Source: a bacterium | GTDB taxonomy: Bacteria > UBA8248 | Direction of reading: 5' to 3' | Length of the DNA stretch: 64,000 nucleotides | Assembly: GCA_965204535.1 (NCBI GenBank) | Contig: OZ241996.1 | Coordinates: 64,001-128,000 of the forward strand | In this document: one piece after another, positions 19,547-27,025 of the stretch | Position numbering within the stretch: position 1 is the stretch's first letter | Layout: every line of letters begins with the position of its first letter | Translations under genes and position numbers: made by a program | Notes under the pieces: generated by a model | Told to the model about the DNA's origin: nothing | Database searches by the model: none | The model's input: only the letters and a program-made list of their open reading frames with translations

Positions 19547-19905
19547 AAATGCGGGCAAATGCGCGGTCCGGAAAACTTTTTTTAATTCGATAAATTTCGA
19601 GAAATTATTGACTGTCCACTTTATATTACCCGTGTAACCAATTGAATAAATGCTGAATATGACGTTAGTTCGACCCATGAACCTTTTCAGGAATTTATCG
19701 ATATTTACCGAATTGTTCATCAATTCGAAATTCAGGGTTCCCGTCCTGGTTCCAGGGAATTTCATCGCTTGAACACCCTCTTCCGTCTCGCATCGGCCGT
19801 GAAGACCCGATGACGCCACCGGGTCTGCCCGCATGAACGGGCGGTTCGAGCATAACGCGGAAGCGGCGGGGAGAAGGTCCGGCAAATGCGGGGAAATGCG
19901 CGATC
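19547..19905. repeat. Two tandem AAATGCG-N3-AAATGCG direct repeats flanking an AT-rich patch
   Basis: AAATGCGGGCAAATGCGCGGTC at 19547 and AAATGCGGGGAAATGCGCGATC at 19884. Confidence 0.6.
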
Positions 19906-20150
19906 AGCCCTCCCTGTCCCGTCAGCCCGCTCACAGATAATGGGAATTATAAACTTGACTATGCAAAGAATTGGGAACAATTTTGAAGATGCCGTTAAGC
20001 AGATGTTATTGTCTAGTCCTGAAAAGAAAGGATTGCTTGAAAAACGTATGCCGATTCGTGAAGAACTTAAAAAGAAATGGAAGTTGGAAAAGAAAAACAA
20101 AAATTTCTAGTTTAATCTATTGTCATTTCGAATCTCCCGATTATTTCCTC

Positions 20151-20179
20151 TTGACACATTTCAATATCACAACCAAAAT
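20151..20179 (+). promoter_or_regulatory. Sigma70 promoter
   Basis: TTGACA-17 bp-CAAAAT. Confidence 0.65.
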
Positions 20180-20186
20180 GCTCCTC

Positions 20187-20325
20187 GCCAGATAACGTGC
20201 AGATCGACCTGCTTTCGGGTCGCCTGCGAAATACAAGACCGCATCCTTGCGGGAATACGCGGGAACCCACCGAGCAATCTGTGCGTTGTCTGGCAACCGA
20301 CCCGATCTTGGGATCGTGAGAGGTT
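20187..20325 (+). ncRNA. Candidate structured leader RNA / ncRNA of unrecognised family
   Basis: 18-bp stem 20187-20204/20277-20294 with three G-U pairs enclosing two further arms; begins at the expected transcription start. Confidence 0.55.
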
Positions 20326-20379
20326 GAAGCACCCATTTCGAGATTCAATCTAAAGGGAGCCGCCAGAGGAGGAGAAGCG

Positions 20380-20835
20380 ATGAAACTGTTGACTGCAATC
20401 GCCGCGACGGCCTGTGCCGCCGCACTGCTGGCCCTGACCACGCCTGAGGCGTCGGCCTTCTACAACGATGCGTACGCGAAGAGTCGTTGCGAGAATGCCG
20501 TGAAGATCGCGCGGAGTAACACAAAGATAACCGACGTGAACTATGCCTCATGGAAGGTGAGACGCGTCGTGTATGAGAAAGACAACAACCCGAATGACTG
20601 GGAATACGACCGGAGCAAATGGGTCAACTACGACCAGATCCGTTGCATCATCGTGGCAAAGTGTCCGGAGACTTCCTGGCCGACCTCCAGTCCGGCCGGA
20701 CGGGCTTGGTTGCCCGGCACGACCAACATCGCTTACTACGACGACCCGAGGAGAAAGTGGTTCTCGACCGAGTTCTACGGTTCCATCGCGCAGGTCGAGA
20801 AGGTGAGCTGTAAGGGCGGTTATCTGATGCAATGA
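20380..20835 (+). CDS. Hypothetical secreted protein
   Basis: GGAGGAG RBS; Sec signal peptide ending ASA; four Cys in a Trp/Tyr-rich mature region; downstream terminator. Confidence 0.8.
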   Translation: MKLLTAIAATACAAALLALTTPEASAFYNDAYAKSRCENAVKIARSNTKITDVNYASWKVRRVVYEKDNNPNDWEYDRSKWVNYDQIRCIIVAKCPETSWPTSSPAGRAWLPGTTNIAYYDDPRRKWFSTEFYGSIAQVEKVSCKGGYLMQ

Positions 20836-20845
20836 CCGGAAGCCG

Positions 20846-20885
20846 AAGGATTACGCGGGCGAACAGCCCGCGTAATCCTTTGTCT
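20846..20885 (+). terminator. Rho-independent terminator
   Basis: Perfect 15-bp stem AAGGATTACGCGGGC/GCCCGCGTAATCCTT with a short U-rich tail. Confidence 0.75.
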
Positions 20886-20957
20886 GGCATCGTATATAAG
20901 CCCCATATAATTCCTCAAAGTTAAGAATGCAGGACTCCGTCAGGTGTTTTTGTTACT

Positions 20958-22034
20958 TCAAGAATTGGTTTTTTCTTTGTCATCGTCAAGTTTATAATTC
21001 CCCAAATAATCCCCCACCTCCACCGTTTTGCCCAGCCGCGAGCTCGCGTCCGCCGCGTAGACGACGGCCAGGTTCTCGTGCGCGACGCGGCCGTCGACTT
21101 CGGGCGTTCTGTCCCCGCGCACGCAGTCGGCGAAGTCTTCCAGCGCGTCGCGGAACATGTCGCCCTCGGGCATGTCGTATACGGCGTCCTCGCCCAGCGG
21201 GTCCCGGTCGACGCGCAGGCGGATGGGTTCGGGCGCCTTCGATGGGTCGCGCCACTGCTGGCCCGTGATGCGGAAGTGCGCGACGCCCTTCGTGCCGTGC
21301 ACGTTCATGTGAAACGCCCAGGGGCACGCCCAGCCGCCGCCGACGTAGGAGAGCGCGCCGCTATCGTGCTCCAGGATCATCATCGAGGTGTCGTCCACGT
21401 CCTCGGTCGCGTAGGCGCGCTTTAACTTCGCGGTGACGCTCCTGATTGGCCCGTGCAGGTAGCGGAACGTGTCGATGTGGTGGATGGAGAGCTGGATGAC
21501 GACGCCGGTGGGGTTGAGTTCGCGGCTCGAGCGCCACTTCTCGGGCGTGAGTTCCAGCCCGCGCTCGGTGCAGAAGTTGCTCTCGCTCATCGAGATTTTT
21601 CCGATTTCGCCCGCGTCTATCAGCTCCTTCATGCGGCGCGACACGGCCAGTCGGCGCGCACTGTGACCCACCGCCAGCTTGACGCCCGCGCCCTCGACCG
21701 CGTCCACGATGGCCCTTGAGTGCTCCAGGCTGTGCGCGATGGGCTTTTCGCAATAGACGTGTTTGCCCGCCGCGGCCAAGGCTTCTATGTGCTCCTTGTG
21801 GTTGTGGTTGGGCGTCGTGAGGATGACGGCCTCGACCTCATCGTCATTCAGGAGCGCTTCCAGGCTATCCGCCTCGCGCGCGCCGTAGCGCTCCATGAAG
21901 GCGCGGCGTTTTTCCGCCGTGCGGCTGAAGCACGAGACGATCCTGATTTTACCTCCGCGAAGTGCTGCGTCGGCGAGCACGCCTGCCCAGCGGCCCAGCC
22001 CCATCGAGGCGACGCGCACGGGTTCGAACGACAT
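20958..22034 (-). CDS. Gfo/Idh/MocA family oxidoreductase
   Basis: MGLGRWA, TTPNHNH, GKHVYCEKP, IHHID; AAGGAG RBS before ATG 22034. Confidence 0.92.
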   Translation of the reverse strand: MSFEPVRVASMGLGRWAGVLADAALRGGKIRIVSCFSRTAEKRRAFMERYGAREADSLEALLNDDEVEAVILTTPNHNHKEHIEALAAAGKHVYCEKPIAHSLEHSRAIVDAVEGAGVKLAVGHSARRLAVSRRMKELIDAGEIGKISMSESNFCTERGLELTPEKWRSSRELNPTGVVIQLSIHHIDTFRYLHGPIRSVTAKLKRAYATEDVDDTSMMILEHDSGALSYVGGGWACPWAFHMNVHGTKGVAHFRITGQQWRDPSKAPEPIRLRVDRDPLGEDAVYDMPEGDMFRDALEDFADCVRGDRTPEVDGRVAHENLAVVYAADASSRLGKTVEVGDYLGNYKLDDDKEKTNS

Positions 22035-22115
22035 GTTGTTTCTCCTTGAGCAGTTATAAAAGGGAATTACATACTTGATTATGCCCTTGTCGTTAGAGGC
22101 TTTTTCGGCCTTGGA

Positions 22116-22770
22116 CCCCCTTGCCCCCTGACAGGGGGGTAAAATGAAAAATGCACTCCTCGACGGCGAAGCCTCCCTGACAAGGCGTCGTTGAAAAACC
22201 CTGCGCACGACCCCTGCCATTGCAGGCGGCGAATGCGGCGCAATCCCCCTCCTCATCCTGCGCCGCCGCCCGGTTTCGGTTTTGGCCGTCATTCCGGCGA
22301 AAGCCGGAATCCATTTTCGCCTTTGCCTTTTCGTTCCCTCGTTCGGATGTCTTTACTTCCGGGCGGGGAGGATCGGAATCGAACACAAAAACGAAAGGCG
22401 AATTCTCTGAATTCCGCATCCCGACGCCGCGCAACAACAAGGTCGTGGCCGCCCTGCCCGGTGAAAAGTCAAAATGGATTCCGGCTTTCGCCGGAATGAC
22501 GGCTTCGTGGTGGACCGCATCAGCCGTCTCCGTAACGACGCCCGAATCCGGGCGCACACGAAATGCATCGTCAATTCCTACCGAGGAGGTTTATCAACAG
22601 CTCCTTGAAGGGTTGTTAAACCCGGAGAGGGAAAAGTTATGTGTGTAGGGGTCGCATATATGCGACCCGTTTTTTCACCCACTACGAGGGCCGCATGTAT
22701 GCGGCCCCTACACTCCCTTCGGCAAGGAAGAATCCTATTGCCGTCATTGCAGGGGTTTTTCAACAACCCC
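22116..22770. repeat. Composite intergenic repeat cassette B
   Basis: Termini at 22184 (GTCGTTGAAAAACCC), 22588-22604, 22610 and 22752-22770 (GGGGTTTTTCAACAACCCC); perfect 33-bp inverted CGTC pair 22285-22317/22471-22503; GTAG pair 22643-22668/22688-22713. Confidence 0.8.
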
Positions 22771-22803
22771 CTCAATGAGGGGTTGGCTTCATCTCGGTCA
22801 ACG

Positions 22804-23262
22804 CTAAATACTCACCTGGAAATTGGGCAGGCGCACGCCTCCTCCCGCATCGGCCGGGGCCGCGCTCAACTCCTCGAGCGTGGTTTCGCGCAGCGTCTTG
22901 TCGATGGCGTCTTCGAGTTTTTTCCAAAGCGCGCGGCTTCCGCACACCGGAATGTTCGGACACGGCGCCGAGGGAGGCTCATCGCCGCAATCGACGGGCT
23001 GAATCGTCTCGCCCACCGCGCAGAGAACGTCGCGCATGTTGATCCCGGAGGGCGGCAGCGCGAGGATGTAGCCGCCTCCCGGCCCCCTCGTGCTGCTCAC
23101 CAGAGAGGCCCTGCGCATCTTCACGAACAATTGTTCGAGATAGTGCTGGCTGATTCCGAGCTTGCCGGCAATCTGCGGCAGGGGCACGGGATGCGTCTGC
23201 GAATGCCGGGCCAGCTCAATCATGGCGAGAACGGCGTATCGCCCCTTGGTCGATATCTTCAT
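22804..23262 (-). CDS. Rrf2-family transcriptional regulator (IscR/CymR-like)
   Basis: MKISTKGRYA, YLEQLF, RGPGGGY, three C-terminal Cys followed by ALW. Confidence 0.92.
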   Translation of the reverse strand: MKISTKGRYAVLAMIELARHSQTHPVPLPQIAGKLGISQHYLEQLFVKMRRASLVSSTRGPGGGYILALPPSGINMRDVLCAVGETIQPVDCGDEPPSAPCPNIPVCGSRALWKKLEDAIDKTLRETTLEELSAAPADAGGGVRLPNFQVSI

Positions 23263-23300
23263 CGGCGGCATCCTCTCATCGTCTCTCCCTGCCCCGAACG

Positions 23301-24110
23301 CTAAACGAGCGCACCACGCCCTGAGGGAATCTTCGTCTGTCCACTCCCGGCGATCGCGCAGGCAGGACAATCCGGATCCTGTGCCACGCGCACGCTCCCG
23401 ACGGCGTTTTTCCGTAAATCGGCCGTCATCAGCCTGTTCGACCAGGCCGGCGCAAGCCCCCTGAGAACACGCAGCGCGTCTGCGGCCTGCGCCATGCCCA
23501 CGAAACCGGCCACCGCGCCGAAAACCCCCGCATCCCCGCAGTCGAGGCCGCGGGCGTCCTCGCCCTCCTCGCCCACCAGACACCGCAGGCACGCGCTCCG
23601 CCCCGGCAGAATCGTCATCATCTGGCCGAAAAAGCGTAAAATCCCGCCCATCACCCACGGCTTGCCGGCTGCAACGCAGGCGTCGTTCAGCGCGAGTTTG
23701 GCGGCCAGGTTGTCGCTTCCATCGATTACTACGTCATAGGGCGCGATGATTCTGGCGGCGTTCCGGCGCGTGAGTTTCTGGGGAATCATGTCCACCGCTA
23801 CCTCGGCGGAGAGCCTGAATATGGAATCGGCGCCCGAGTCCACCTTCAGGCGGCCGATGTCCTCGGTCCGGTGGAGAATCTGGCGGGCCAGGTTGTCGAG
23901 CGTCACCACATCGTGATCCGCAAGGCCGATGCGGCCCACGCCCGCCGCCGCCAGCGCCAACGCAGCGGGACAGCCCAGGCCGCCCACCCCCACGATGAGT
24001 GCGGATGAGCGCGCCAGAGCGCTTTTTTCGCTCATGCGCGCCGTGGATGCGCTCACGGACGCCGGCGGCGCTTCACCGGGCAACCCCGCGCGAGGATTAT
24101 GAAGGCTCAC
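23301..24110 (-). CDS. MoeB/ThiF-family E1 adenylyltransferase (active-site subunit, lacking the N-terminal RYxRQ segment)
   Basis: GVGGLG, DHDVVTLDNLARQ, KV, DGSDN, CLRC…C…CPAC; GTG 24110 overlaps the JAMM stop and has a GAGGAG RBS (alternative ATG 24035). Confidence 0.88.
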   Translation of the reverse strand: MSLHNPRAGLPGEAPPASVSASTARMSEKSALARSSALIVGVGGLGCPAALALAAAGVGRIGLADHDVVTLDNLARQILHRTEDIGRLKVDSGADSIFRLSAEVAVDMIPQKLTRRNAARIIAPYDVVIDGSDNLAAKLALNDACVAAGKPWVMGGILRFFGQMMTILPGRSACLRCLVGEEGEDARGLDCGDAGVFGAVAGFVGMAQAADALRVLRGLAPAWSNRLMTADLRKNAVGSVRVAQDPDCPACAIAGSGQTKIPSGRGALV

Positions 24111-24601
24111 GCGCTTGTCTCCTCGAGAATTTCCAGATCGCTCTCGATAAAGGTCTTCTGCTCCGCATCCCAGGAATACACCTTCTGCCCGAGCACCATG
24201 CCTTCGCGCACGCTCATGACGACGTGCTCGGCATCGGGAAACGCCGGGATATCCCCGAAAGGAACCGCCGCATCCACGTCTTCCTGCGAGAAATAGGCAT
24301 CCTCGTCCGGGTGGCTGTGGAATATGCCGCGAACCACCTCGCCCGCCTTCTCCGCTTCTCTCACGATGCGCTCGAACTCGAAGGGATCGATCAAGAATGC
24401 GCGCCGCGCCGTCCGCGGATAAAATTCGGGGTCCTTCTCGTGCATCTCGTTCTGCACGTTCTTGCAAGGCAGGAGGGCGAGAGTTTCTTCCGCACCATCC
24501 CTCCCGCGCGGAGGCCCGATTATCAAGCCACAACACTCGTCGGGATACGCCTCGCGCGCGTGGCGGTGCATCGTCTCCACCTGTTCACGATTCAGACGCA
24601 A
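24107..24601 (-). CDS. JAMM/M67 metallopeptidase (Mec-like)
   Basis: YPDECCG and FHSHPDEDAYFSQED (E…HxH-x7-S-x2-D). Confidence 0.92.
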   Translation of the reverse strand: MRLNREQVETMHRHAREAYPDECCGLIIGPPRGRDGAEETLALLPCKNVQNEMHEKDPEFYPRTARRAFLIDPFEFERIVREAEKAGEVVRGIFHSHPDEDAYFSQEDVDAAVPFGDIPAFPDAEHVVMSVREGMVLGQKVYSWDAEQKTFIESDLEILEETSA

Positions 24602-24614
24602 GTCAAGTCCCCTT

Positions 24615-25035
24615 GGGGTTGTTGAAAAAATCCGAAACCCTGGATTTGTCGTATGTAACCGACCGACGAGAGAGAAAAATCACTCCCCCCTTGAGGGGGA
24701 GTCGAAGAGCTGAGGGCGTAAGCCCGAAAGCGATTCGGTGGGGGGTATAACTCGGATTGGCGATAAAACGCATTTTACCCCCCACCGCATCAGCCTTCGC
24801 AAAAAACGCTCGGCTTCTGCGACTCCCCCTCAAGGGGGGAGTGAACTTCAAAAGCGTGCGCTCAACCAAAATCGCTCCACGGGACTTTTTCACCTCCCCT
24901 TTTGTCAGGGGGGTATAAAAAGGCGATGCGCCCCCCGCCGGGCTGAGAGGGTTTTGCTTTTTCTTGCCCCCCTGACAAGGGGGGGTAGGGGGGGTTGCCT
25001 TTGTCCCCTGAGGAGAGAGACTTTTTCAACACCCC
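24615..25035. repeat. Composite intergenic repeat cassette C inside the sulfur operon
   Basis: GGGGTTGTTGAAAAA (24615) … TTTTTCAACACCCC (ends 25035); perfect 25-bp inverted pair 24680-24704/24820-24844; inner pair 24736-24747/24776-24787; CCCCCTGACA-G-run unit shared with 22116-22139. Confidence 0.8.
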
Positions 25036-25039
25036 CTCC

Positions 25040-25978
25040 TTAGCGCGCTTCGCTCAGGTACCTGTCCCCACCGTCGGGAAACAGGGTGACGATAACGCCC
25101 TTGCCTATCTGCTTCGCCACCTCGCGCACGCCCACGAGCGCGGCGCCCGCCGAATGCCCGATGAACAGGCCCTCTTCCTTGGCGATGCGCTCGGCGAGAT
25201 CGTAGCTTTCCTCGGTGCTCGCCAGAATCAGATTGTCGTGCACGCTCTCATCGTAAATCTTCGGGCGAATGGCCGTGGGGATGTGCTTCATGCCCTCCAG
25301 CCCGTGAAACGATTCTGACGGCATGACCGCATGCACCACGACGTCCGGTTTTCTCTCTTTCAGGCCGCGTCCCGTGCCCACCAGGGTGCCCGTGGTGCCG
25401 AGACCCGCAATGAAATGCCCCACGCGCCCGCCTGTCTGCTCCAGAATCTCGGACGCCGTGGTCTCGACGTGGGCGAGCGGGTTCGCCGGGTTGTCATACT
25501 GACACGGCAGGAAATACTTCTCCGGCTCGTCCTGATACATCTTCGCCGCGAGGCGCTGCGCGCCGTCCGAACCCTCCAGGGGATCCGATAAAACAATGTC
25601 GGCCCCGTAGCCTTTCAAGGTCGCCTTGCGCTCGTCGCTCGCGTTCGCAGGCAGGACGAGGCGGACCGGAATCCCGAGTGCCGCGCCGATCATGGCGTAG
25701 GCGATGCCGGTGTTGCCGCTCGTGGAATCGAGCAGAATCCTGCCGGGGCGCAACTCTCCCGTTTCCAGGCCGTCCTTCACCATGAAGAGCGCCGGCCTGT
25801 CCTTCACCGAGCCGCCCGGGTTGAACCATTCCGCCTTGGCGTAGACCTCCACGTCCGGGAATTCGCTCTCGAACATCTTAATCTTGAGCAGGGGGGTGTT
25901 GCCGATACACTTGATGATTGGGGAATCCCCTAAATTTCTGAACGCGCTCGCGGGATTCTCCACCGTCGATTCGACCAT
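25040..25978 (-). CDS. cysM: Cysteine synthase family protein, CysM-like
   Basis: IGNTPL, NPGGSVKDR, TSGNTG, GTTGT, HGLEG, FPDGGDRYLS. Confidence 0.82.
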   Translation of the reverse strand: MVESTVENPASAFRNLGDSPIIKCIGNTPLLKIKMFESEFPDVEVYAKAEWFNPGGSVKDRPALFMVKDGLETGELRPGRILLDSTSGNTGIAYAMIGAALGIPVRLVLPANASDERKATLKGYGADIVLSDPLEGSDGAQRLAAKMYQDEPEKYFLPCQYDNPANPLAHVETTASEILEQTGGRVGHFIAGLGTTGTLVGTGRGLKERKPDVVVHAVMPSESFHGLEGMKHIPTAIRPKIYDESVHDNLILASTEESYDLAERIAKEEGLFIGHSAGAALVGVREVAKQIGKGVIVTLFPDGGDRYLSEAR

Positions 25979-26011
25979 TGATATGGCCCTCGCACTTAGC
26001 TCCTGAAAATC

Positions 26012-26662
26012 TCAGGAAAAATTCGCACGCGCCTCCATCAGGCCGTGCGAAAAATCGAATCGGGCCTGCGCAGTCGACCCCACTGTATCCATTTCATCCA
26101 CCAGATGCCGCAAGGCTCTCGCGGCCAGCCATGCGCCCAAGGCGCCCTGGGCCGCCACTGTCGATGCGCCCCCTGGAGATGGCGTCACGTCCGGCTTCCC
26201 GAAACCGCCGGGTCCCTCGAGAATTTCTCCTGACTCACCACGTGAGACGCCTCGCAGCGTGACTTTCGCCGAAGCCTCGAATCTCTCATCAACCGGGGCT
26301 CCTTCACCGCCCAGCCGGATGAGGACGTCGAAAACCTCCCCCGCTCCCTCGCCCGGGCGAACGGAGACCAGCCTCGAATCGGGGTTGAGCCTCTTGAGGC
26401 CACTCCCCAGGCTGCCGCCGAAGAAGGCGGAGAGCGGCGATTTCGGCTTGATCCCGTCGCTCTCATCGAGCGGACACCAGCCGATGCGTCCCACGCCCGC
26501 CGCCGCCAGATAGACCAGGGCGGTGAGCGCCGCGCTCTCCTCATCCTCCGAATATGCGATGAGGACGGAAGACGCCAGCAGGCGCTCCTGGCCGGCTCCC
26601 CCCACTTCGGGGAGAAGAATGTGGCGGCTGTAGCGCTGAATCTGCTCTTCGCTCAAGCCCAA
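26012..26662 (-). CDS. Degenerate ThiF/MoeB-like protein (predicted inactive E1 subunit retaining the Arg-finger segment)
   Basis: RYSRHILLPEVGGAGQERL, YLAAAGVGRIG, LNPD retained; no GxGxxG, NLxRQ or CxxC; TTG start after GAGGAG. Confidence 0.8.
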   Translation of the reverse strand: MGLSEEQIQRYSRHILLPEVGGAGQERLLASSVLIAYSEDEESAALTALVYLAAAGVGRIGWCPLDESDGIKPKSPLSAFFGGSLGSGLKRLNPDSRLVSVRPGEGAGEVFDVLIRLGGEGAPVDERFEASAKVTLRGVSRGESGEILEGPGGFGKPDVTPSPGGASTVAAQGALGAWLAARALRHLVDEMDTVGSTAQARFDFSHGLMEARANFS

Positions 26663-26693
26663 GGGGCGAATCTCCTCTCGGGGGTGCGGACGA

Positions 26694-26972
26694 TTACAGG
26701 CCGCCCGCGATGGCCGGCACGATGGAGACCTCATCCCCATCGCTCACCGCCGTTCCCTCTCCCTGCAGAAAGCGGATGTCCTCCTGGTTCACATAAATGT
26801 TCACGAAACGCCGCAGCTTGCCCTCCTCGTCATAGAGGCGCTGGCCGATGCCCGCGAACTGGCCCTCGAGGTTCGCGAGCACTTCCTTCACGTCCGCGCC
26901 CGCGATCTCCACGGCGTCCTGCTGCTGTGTGAACTCCTGCAAAGGTGTCGGAATACGAACCGTTACCGCCAT
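26694..26972 (-). CDS. MoaD/ThiS/CysO-type ubiquitin-like sulfur carrier
   Basis: 92 aa; VRIPTPL, RFVNIYVN, DGDEVSIVPAIAGG-L. Confidence 0.93.
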   Translation of the reverse strand: MAVTVRIPTPLQEFTQQQDAVEIAGADVKEVLANLEGQFAGIGQRLYDEEGKLRRFVNIYVNQEDIRFLQGEGTAVSDGDEVSIVPAIAGGL

Positions 26973-27025
26973 TTCTCTCTCCTGATCTGAAAACCCCGCC
27001 CTCCGGGGATGTTGAAGTAAGATTC

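Noticed and set aside
19850-20200. Integron attC sites (GCATAAC at ~19850, AGATAAC at ~20190)
   Set aside because: No convincing complementary GTT core with attC geometry, no cassette array and no IntI
17926-22800. tRNA-anchored genomic island with attL/attR
   Set aside because: No integrase and no duplicated tRNA 3' end seen in the window
24111-24536. 411-aa extended version of the MoeB ORF
   Set aside because: The extension overlaps the JAMM gene in another frame and contains no E1 motifs; a good RBS precedes GTG 24110
11932-25035. CRISPR array in the three repeat blocks
   Set aside because: Repeats are inverted pairs with irregular spacing, not regularly spaced direct repeats; no cas genes
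26012-26662. Decayed moeB pseudogene
   Set aside because: Open frame with good RBS, and the retained parts are exactly those missing from the second E1; decay cannot be fully excluded without orthologs
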